A stretch of DNA of 64,000 bases from Candidatus Omnitrophota bacterium. GTDB taxonomy: Bacteria > Omnitrophota > Gorgyraeia > Gygaellales > Profunditerraquicolaceae. A program made the translations under genes and the position numbers. The notes beneath the pieces were generated by a model that was not told the origin of the DNA, ran no database searches, and saw only the letters and a program-made list of their open reading frames with translations. The stretch spans positions 2,535 to 66,534 of the forward strand of contig JBFMDA010000001.1 in NCBI GenBank assembly GCA_040754255.1, given 5' to 3'. Position 1 is the stretch's first letter, and each line of letters begins with the position of its first letter. Positions 57,122 through 64,000 of this stretch are shown here, one piece after another.

Positions 57122-58438
57122 ATGGAAAACCAGGTATTTCTATTGATCCTTGGTTCAATTATCTTTTTCGTGACAGCTATTAATCCGTTCTTGATCTTGC
57201 CCGTCTTTATAATTGGCTCTTATATAGAATTTATGCTCTATTTTCCAAGGCTAGTTCAATATAATCCTACTGTAATCTTGGGAATAATAGTACTTTCCGC
57301 CTGGATATTCCATCTGGTAATCTATAGAGATCTGCCTCCTACGAAGAGCAAGCAGATTTTAATAATATGGGTTTTTATTTTATGGACTTTCTGCAATTCA
57401 CTTGTTCATAGGGATAGCAGCTTAGAAGCTTTTATTGATTTTCTGCGGATGCTAATTCCGTATTTTTTCTTCGCCTATATTGTCAAAACACGCAAACAAA
57501 TGTCCATTATCGTATGGGTTCTTTTAATTATAGGTACAATTACTGCATTATACGGGATCTATCAACTCAAATCTAATATTGGAGTTTATGACAGAGGAGT
57601 AAAGCGCATCGTAAGCTTTATGGACAACCCCAATGCCTTCGGAAATTCACTCACTATTTTGGTCCCATTAGCATTAGGGCTTTTATTTTACCGCAAACAT
57701 AAGTTTTTTATGAAGGGTATTATTCTTGCCATACTTGCCTGCTTTATTGCAGGAATTGTTATTTCATTTTCACGCGGTTGTTTTATTGGATTGTTGCTTG
57801 GTATATTTTTTTCCGTTGCCAAGTTTTTCAGAAGGAGCAAAAAAGTGTTTGCATTCATGGCTACTTTTTGTTTGCTTTTGGTAATAATTTATTTATTTCC
57901 GGATAGGCAAAAATACATACTATGGGCAAGACTGAGAACAATCATACGCGCTGACTCGGTTGAAACAATCGATATGGGCAGGACAGAAACGGCGAAGGCA
58001 GGATTACAAATTATGCGCGAAAAACCAATTTTTGGTGTTGGCCTGGCCGGTTTTACTAATGAATATTTTAGGCTGGCTTCCGAATCGCCCGATATTAAAG
58101 TAGTAAGTAAAGATGCGTTGGTACCGCACAATCTGTATATACAAGTCGGCTCTTCTTTAGGCATTCCTGGCTTAGCGCTATATTTACTTTTAGTCTTATT
58201 TGTATTTAAAGATTTAAGAGCTGCGGAGCGAAAATTTCGTTTAAAAAATGACGGCTTGCTTATGAATATATCTATGGCCTTTCAAATAATGATAATGGTA
58301 TTCTTGATATCCGGATTTTTCGGGGGCGCTTTAATGAAAAAAATTTTCTGGATACTTGCTCCGCTGGCAATTGCATTAAAAAGAATTTCGCCTCAAGAAG
58401 GACAAAAAGAGTTGCTAAAAATTAAGCATGAAAGATAA
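57122..58438 (+). CDS. O-antigen ligase / Wzy polymerase family protein
   Basis: Multi-TM; NPNAFG, SFSRG, KPIFGVG, PHNLY...GIPG. Confidence 0.85.
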   Translation: MENQVFLLILGSIIFFVTAINPFLILPVFIIGSYIEFMLYFPRLVQYNPTVILGIIVLSAWIFHLVIYRDLPPTKSKQILIIWVFILWTFCNSLVHRDSSLEAFIDFLRMLIPYFFFAYIVKTRKQMSIIVWVLLIIGTITALYGIYQLKSNIGVYDRGVKRIVSFMDNPNAFGNSLTILVPLALGLLFYRKHKFFMKGIILAILACFIAGIVISFSRGCFIGLLLGIFFSVAKFFRRSKKVFAFMATFCLLLVIIYLFPDRQKYILWARLRTIIRADSVETIDMGRTETAKAGLQIMREKPIFGVGLAGFTNEYFRLASESPDIKVVSKDALVPHNLYIQVGSSLGIPGLALYLLLVLFVFKDLRAAERKFRLKNDGLLMNISMAFQIMIMVFLISGFFGGALMKKIFWILAPLAIALKRISPQEGQKELLKIKHER

Positions 58439-59777
58439 AATCACTCTACGCAAAATTCCTTATCCTTACAAAGCCGCCTTGGCCATATGTAGCGATTTAG
58501 ATAAAATAAATCGTGAAAAATTTGACCAAATACACGACTTTCTTTCCTCGAATAAGCCTACTTTACTTGGTAATGGACTAGAATTAGAAATCGCGGATTC
58601 ATTCTGGATGTACTCCTCTAGCAGTGACACAGTAAACGCTTTTTCATATTTTGAAGGAATAAGTGAAAAACCTTCTTATAATGCGATTAAAATTGAAGAA
58701 ATGATTTCAGCCGGTTTTATAGACTCTTTGCATACTTACGGAGATTTCAGCGAATACCCGGGCTTTAATCGCGAATTGGCAAAGCGTGCCTTAGCCCAAA
58801 TGCATAAAAAAAACATGAAGATCTCTGTATGGATTAATCATGGGAATATACATAATTTTCAGAATATCGGGATTAAAACAGCTCTTGGAGATGTAGAATA
58901 TATTTCTGCCGTTGATGGCGGTAAAAGAAAGTGTATTGAGTATCATGCTGACTTAACGCTTCCCTTCGGATTTAAGTACTTATGGATTGATGAACTTACT
59001 GAAATTGTAGGTCAGGAAAGGCCATGTGGGATAATTGAAGCAGTTTTTTCAAAGCTATTTGAATCTAAGCCTACGAAGTCACTTTTCCACAAGTTAATGC
59101 TAATCTTGGTTCCATTTTTATTAATTCTTCAAAATAAATTATCTTTGAAACTAAAAATAAATGTAGTCCTGAATAAACTATTTCCAAAAGCCTTTAATGG
59201 TAACAATGATTTAATAAAAGTAATTACGTTGAGGGACGGTCAAAAAGCTTATTCTTTCAAAAGATATGGACGTTTCGGGGTTGATAATGCCGATGCCCTG
59301 CCTAAGCTTTTGTCTAAGCCTACTTTGAAAAAATTAAAACATAATATGGGAATTATGGTACTATTTGTGCATCTTGCTAAAAGTGATAACCAGAAAAATA
59401 TCTTTTCTACCCAAGCTTGTGATGCTCTGCGATATCTTTCAGCTCAAGAAAAGAGCGGACAGATATATGTAACTACTACTAGTAAACTATTGCATTATAC
59501 TGTTTTGAAAAAATTTTTGAAATGGAGGGCCCAACATAGACCCGATGAAATAGAGATTATCATAGAAAAAGTAGAGGATCCTGTGTACGGAGATTACATC
59601 CCTACCGTACAACAACTACAAGGAATTACTTTTTATGTACCGGATGCCCAAAAAATATCTGTAAGTATTAATGGTAACAAAATACCTGTAAGCCGGAACT
59701 TACCTGATTTTACCGGTAAAGAATCCGTAACCATTCCGTTAACCCGGCTTAAGTACCCGAACAATATAAATGCATAG
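58428..59777 (+). CDS. Conserved EPS-locus protein, possibly polysaccharide-deacetylase-like
   Basis: PYPYKAALAICSDLD, IDSLHTYGD, VWINHG, VHL putative metal ligands. Confidence 0.5.
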   Translation: MKDKITLRKIPYPYKAALAICSDLDKINREKFDQIHDFLSSNKPTLLGNGLELEIADSFWMYSSSSDTVNAFSYFEGISEKPSYNAIKIEEMISAGFIDSLHTYGDFSEYPGFNRELAKRALAQMHKKNMKISVWINHGNIHNFQNIGIKTALGDVEYISAVDGGKRKCIEYHADLTLPFGFKYLWIDELTEIVGQERPCGIIEAVFSKLFESKPTKSLFHKLMLILVPFLLILQNKLSLKLKINVVLNKLFPKAFNGNNDLIKVITLRDGQKAYSFKRYGRFGVDNADALPKLLSKPTLKKLKHNMGIMVLFVHLAKSDNQKNIFSTQACDALRYLSAQEKSGQIYVTTTSKLLHYTVLKKFLKWRAQHRPDEIEIIIEKVEDPVYGDYIPTVQQLQGITFYVPDAQKISVSINGNKIPVSRNLPDFTGKESVTIPLTRLKYPNNINA

Positions 59778-62184
59778 ATTAATTCTATTATTAGCTATTT
59801 TTCTTAATACAGTAGGTTTTAGTATTGCCGGCAATATTCCTATTGAGGAAGACGGCAAAAATATTCTAAGTTCCCACCCTAGGATCTTTATTAATTCATT
59901 TAATATTGGAGAGCATCGAGAAAAGGTACAGTGGCTGCTTAGTGATCCTTTTGAGCGATTAATAAAATCGAAGCAAACCAAGGTCCCGCAAAGATTGACG
60001 CGCCTGAAAGACTATATCTATAAAAATGCGTATCTTTACCAAATAACGGGAGATAAAAAGTGGGCAGAACATGTTATCGAAGCCATGGAGCAACTTCCAA
60101 AATCGCTTCAGGCTTATGGAAGCAACGAAGATAGTAGCTTTGCTCATGCCTTAGAGGCATGGTCCATAGGATTTGACTGGTGTTATGATCAGATAGTCGC
60201 ATCTGGTAAAAAAGATCAGTTCGTTACATGGATAAATAATTATTTTTTAAAAGTACGCGATAATTTAAGTATTTTACCTGATTTTCATAATTACGCCAGT
60301 CAAGACGAATTCGCTATTCTCGCTGCCGGCCTCGCCACTTACGGCGACAATCCGCAAGCGCCTCACTATATCAACCTGGCAAAAGATATTATGGAAAGAG
60401 GCAAAGAAAGAAATGGGATAGTTTATAATGTAGCCGAATCTATTAAGTTTGTTGATGGAACCTGCAATTGGGAAGGAGTAACATATGGCAGGCAGCAGTT
60501 GTTTAATTATTTTAAATATGCTGAAGCCTGGAGAACTGCAACGAATAATACAATAAACCCCTGGCAGGGCGTTTTTGCTAAATTGGAAAACGCCGGTTAT
60601 TATATAATATACAGCCTGAGGCCCGATGATAAATTCGAAAATTTAGCCGACATATCTTATCCGCGTATTTCATATTATGACATAAATAACCTTGCTGCCC
60701 TTGAGAGCCGGTTCAAAAACGGCTATTTCACTGCTTTTATCAATAAATATTATCGTTGGAGTAGCGGTAAACTTATAACAGATATTTGGCTTGGCCGTTT
60801 TGACTCATCCTTGGTTTATTATCTTTTATGGTATGACCCGAAGATAAAAGAAAAGGACCTCGAAGAACTTCCAAAAACAAGAAAATTTGGCGATGTAATT
60901 ATAATGAGAACGGGTTTTAAGAAAACCGATACAATGCTATCCTTTAAAAGCGGAATCCATTGGGGCTTTCATTCGCAGCTTGACCATGGTTCTTTTACGA
61001 TATACAAAGATGTGCCCCTGGCGATTGATAGCGGTTACTATGACAGTTGGGGCTCGGGTAAAGAACACAATTGGAGCTATTGGAAAAGAACTATTGCCCA
61101 CAACTCCCTTCTTATTTATGATGCAACAGAGAAACGGGTTACCTATCCAAGAAACAATATCTGCAGCAATGACGGAGGCCAAAGAATGGCTTTTATAACA
61201 TTTTCGCCTCCATATATTAAAACGGGGAGTACTAATAAACCGGTAAGCATTCAACATTTAAACAAACATCTTGAAGAATTCTTAATGGGAACATTCAGTG
61301 CTTACGAATTCACTAGTAGCTATGATTACGTTAAAACAGATATTACTAAAGCATATAATAATGTGTACAGTGGAAAAGGGACAAACCAGCCAAGGAAAGT
61401 AGATTTAGTACAGAGAGAGTTTGTATATTTAAAACCAGATATTGTCGTTGTTTTCGACAAAGTATATGCGGCAAAGGACAGTTTAATAAAAAAATGGTTG
61501 TTACATAGCGGGAGCTACTATGATAAATCAGCGCAGCCTGTTCTAAATGGAAGAGAAAAAGTGCTGAAGGGGACAGTAGATCAGGGCATTACAGAATCAA
61601 CAGATACTGACCTGACTACTATAACAAGAGGCCGTGGCAGGTTATTTATAAAAACATTGTTGCCCAAAAATCATGTAACGAGAAAAATAGGCGGGCAGGG
61701 ATACGAATTCTGGGTAGACGATAAAAACGCACCTATTTCTTCAAAAATCATTCCCTTAGAGAGACAGTCCGAAGATCCAGGGGCGTGGCGGATAGAAATA
61801 CAGCCAAAAGAAAAGCAAAAAAATGATTTTTTTCTTCACTTAATTTCTATTTCTAATTCTGAGGTTTCTTCAATGCCCGATGCCACAATGATACAAACAA
61901 ACTCAAAGAATATGATAGGTATTCGGCTTATTTCCAAAAGTGATAATTTTCACTACATTGTTATGTTTAATTCAACTAAAGAAAGCATCAAAAATGCTGA
62001 TTTAGATATTGGCGGAGAGGGCAAAATAAAAGCCTTACTTTCCGGACTTCAGCCTTCAAGCAAATACGATATCTTAAGAAATAATCAGTTTTTAGAAAAC
62101 GGGGTATCCGCTGCTGAAGGAACATTGTATTTTGACTTGGATCTAAGTGGAAACAAGAATCTCTTTTCTATCCGCTTAAAATAA
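59770..62184 (+). CDS. Secreted heparinase II/III-like polysaccharide lyase
   Basis: Signal peptide, HPRIF, FHNY, EGVTYG, HSQLDHGSFTIYK, RTIAHNSL. Confidence 0.8.
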   Translation: MHRLILLLAIFLNTVGFSIAGNIPIEEDGKNILSSHPRIFINSFNIGEHREKVQWLLSDPFERLIKSKQTKVPQRLTRLKDYIYKNAYLYQITGDKKWAEHVIEAMEQLPKSLQAYGSNEDSSFAHALEAWSIGFDWCYDQIVASGKKDQFVTWINNYFLKVRDNLSILPDFHNYASQDEFAILAAGLATYGDNPQAPHYINLAKDIMERGKERNGIVYNVAESIKFVDGTCNWEGVTYGRQQLFNYFKYAEAWRTATNNTINPWQGVFAKLENAGYYIIYSLRPDDKFENLADISYPRISYYDINNLAALESRFKNGYFTAFINKYYRWSSGKLITDIWLGRFDSSLVYYLLWYDPKIKEKDLEELPKTRKFGDVIIMRTGFKKTDTMLSFKSGIHWGFHSQLDHGSFTIYKDVPLAIDSGYYDSWGSGKEHNWSYWKRTIAHNSLLIYDATEKRVTYPRNNICSNDGGQRMAFITFSPPYIKTGSTNKPVSIQHLNKHLEEFLMGTFSAYEFTSSYDYVKTDITKAYNNVYSGKGTNQPRKVDLVQREFVYLKPDIVVVFDKVYAAKDSLIKKWLLHSGSYYDKSAQPVLNGREKVLKGTVDQGITESTDTDLTTITRGRGRLFIKTLLPKNHVTRKIGGQGYEFWVDDKNAPISSKIIPLERQSEDPGAWRIEIQPKEKQKNDFFLHLISISNSEVSSMPDATMIQTNSKNMIGIRLISKSDNFHYIVMFNSTKESIKNADLDIGGEGKIKALLSGLQPSSKYDILRNNQFLENGVSAAEGTLYFDLDLSGNKNLFSIRLK

Positions 62185-62202
62185 TTAAAAGCAGAGGTAA
62201 AA

Positions 62203-63348
62203 ATGATGAAATTTATTTTCTGGTTACTACTATTCAGCATAGGTTATACTTATTTTGGCTATCCAATACTTATGGCGATTTTGTTGAAAATTAAGAAAAA
62301 CAAACTAGTAAATAAAGCAGAAATTTTTCCGTTGGTCAGCATTGTGATTGCTGCTTATAACGAAGAAAAGAATATCGGAGCAAAAATTTCTGATTTACTT
62401 AACTTGGATTATCCAAGAGAAAAAATGGAAATAACCGTAGTTTCCGATTTCTCTACTGATCAGACTGACGAAATTGTTAGAAGCTTTGCAGACAGAGGAG
62501 TTAAATTGGTGAGGCTGGAAAAACGTAGTGGCAAAATCGATGCTTATCGCAATGTTTTACCCGATTTGAAGGGAGAAATTATTGTATTTTCCGACGCTAC
62601 CAGCCTGCTTGATAGATATAGTATTGGAAAACTAATAAATAATTTTAATGATCCTACCGTAGGTTGTGTTGGCGGGCTGCTTATGTATATTAACCCTAAA
62701 AATGCTCTTGTAGGAAAGGGAGAAAGAAAATATTGGTCTTATGAGAAACGAATCAGGGAATATGAAAGCAAGCTAGATTCATTGCCTTCGGTTTCGGGAA
62801 CGTTATATGCGGTACGCAAGGAACTTTTCCCGCTCGATATGAAAGAATACCTTGCAGACGACTTGATCATTCCACTTATAGTAAAAAAGAAAGGATATCG
62901 TACGGTCTTTGAGAAAGGCGCGATTTGTAAAGATTTTACTACTATTACCATCAAAGAAGAAATGGCTAAGAGAATAAGAATAACCGTACAAAACATAAGA
63001 GGCCTTTTAGACCAGTTGGAAATTTTGAACTTTTTCAAATATGGTATTTTTTCTTTGTTGGTTTTTTCTCATAAGGTACTAAGACTACTGATACCAATTT
63101 TTTTGCTGGTATTATTCATTTGTAATATTATACTTATCACACAGCATTATCTCTATTCGCTCATCTTACTAGCCCAACTGCTATTTTACGTTATGGGCAT
63201 ATTTGGACATCAATTGAATAAGAAAATAAAGCTTACTGCGGCAAATACTTCGTTTTATTTTTGTCTTTCTAACATTTCAATTTTTATAGGCATACTTGAA
63301 TTTATAAAAGGGAATAGAGTTACTACCTGGGAAACGGTGAGAACCTAA
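62203..63348 (+). CDS. GT2 glycosyltransferase (membrane-bound)
   Basis: YFGYP, VSIVIAAYNEE, SDFSTD, FSDA, ADD, SHKVLR. Confidence 0.9.
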   Translation: MMKFIFWLLLFSIGYTYFGYPILMAILLKIKKNKLVNKAEIFPLVSIVIAAYNEEKNIGAKISDLLNLDYPREKMEITVVSDFSTDQTDEIVRSFADRGVKLVRLEKRSGKIDAYRNVLPDLKGEIIVFSDATSLLDRYSIGKLINNFNDPTVGCVGGLLMYINPKNALVGKGERKYWSYEKRIREYESKLDSLPSVSGTLYAVRKELFPLDMKEYLADDLIIPLIVKKKGYRTVFEKGAICKDFTTITIKEEMAKRIRITVQNIRGLLDQLEILNFFKYGIFSLLVFSHKVLRLLIPIFLLVLFICNIILITQHYLYSLILLAQLLFYVMGIFGHQLNKKIKLTAANTSFYFCLSNISIFIGILEFIKGNRVTTWETVRT

Positions 63349-64000
63349 TGTCAAAAGGCTCTATAATAGCTATGATGTATGTCATTACGTTTGCAATGGC
63401 CTTTTGTATCTCTTATACCCTTACTCCGCTGATAAGATGGACAAGCCTTAAAATGCATTGGCTTGATAAGCCAAACTGGCGCAAAGTCAATACAAATCCA
63501 ATGCCGCTCGTAGGAGGATTAGCTATATTTTGCGGTTTCTTAGCGACTATCTTATTTATTTCTGGTCAACAGCCGTTTTTTCCGATTAAGGATAAACTGT
63601 TATCGGTTTTAGCAACTTCGTTCATCATTTGCCTTGTCGGTATGGCTGACGATATAAAAGGCCTTAGCCCGCGCAGGAAACTATTTTACCAACTAGTTGC
63701 AGCCGCAATAGCTACCCTTTTAGGATTTATGATATTAAAAGTAAGCAGCCCATTCGGCGGTCATATTAATGCACCGTTTGTCTTTTCGCTTTTAATCACG
63801 GTTTTATGGATTATAGGATTTACCAATGCAATTAACCTCATGGACGGCCTTGATGGTCTCGCTGCGGGTGTTTCATCAATTATTGCAATAAGCCTATTCT
63901 TTGCAGCGATAAGAACCAATAACCCACTAATGGCAATTTTATCAATTGCCCTTGCTGGCAGCGCACTAGGTTTTCTTCCCCATAACTTCTTTCCGGCAAA
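63348..64000 (+). CDS. WecA/TagO/MraY-family undecaprenyl-phosphate sugar-1-P transferase, 3'-truncated
   Basis: Manual translation from ATG 63348: DKPNWRKVNTNPMPLVGG, GMADD, NAINLMDGLDGLAAG, LGFLPHNFFPA. Confidence 0.9.
   Translation, partial: MSKGSIIAMMYVITFAMAFCISYTLTPLIRWTSLKMHWLDKPNWRKVNTNPMPLVGGLAIFCGFLATILFISGQQPFFPIKDKLLSVLATSFIICLVGMADDIKGLSPRRKLFYQLVAAAIATLLGFMILKVSSPFGGHINAPFVFSLLITVLWIIGFTNAINLMDGLDGLAAGVSSIIAISLFFAAIRTNNPLMAILSIALAGSALGFLPHNFFPA

Noticed and set aside
338-63038. Numerous 60-230 aa antisense or alternate-frame ORFs overlapping recognised genes
   Set aside because: Shadow ORFs with no motifs, opposite or inside well-supported genes.

Overview
Bacterial chromosomal window, almost entirely + strand. 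The PVC signature small basic protein (2403-2702) points to the PVC superphylum; gene content and style suggest Ca. Omnitrophota (inference). Bases 1-41.2 kb are mostly housekeeping (dGTPase, aroB, guaB3-guaA, dnaE, HU, hisS, aspS, phoH-HD-ybeY-recO, polX, apbE, mgtE, panB, glyQS, ppdK, a sigma-70 factor, apt, tRNA-Arg(CCT)), with an outer-membrane beta-barrel and a GH57 / CBM / ParA-CBM48 alpha-glucan cluster. From 41.4 kb to the end is a Wzx/Wzy-type exopolysaccharide locus preceded by a predicted sigma-54 promoter; it is markedly AT-richer after about 46.4 kb. The most unusual signal is non-coding. About 18 sites, mostly intergenic, hold degenerate 6-7 bp tandem arrays and ~90 bp palindromic cores from at least five unit families. 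Most share the termini TTCGT... and ...ACGAA, often fill the space from stop codon to RBS/ATG, and sometimes invade proteins in frame. One copy brackets an antisense four-helix-bundle (Avd-like / TIGR02436) gene between inverted heptamer arrays. I propose this as a candidate undescribed repeat-generating or mobile system. A second candidate is a ParA ATPase fused to a glycogen-binding module beside a GH57 gene (possible glucan granule positioning). All protein calls are from motif recognition by eye; no searches were run.
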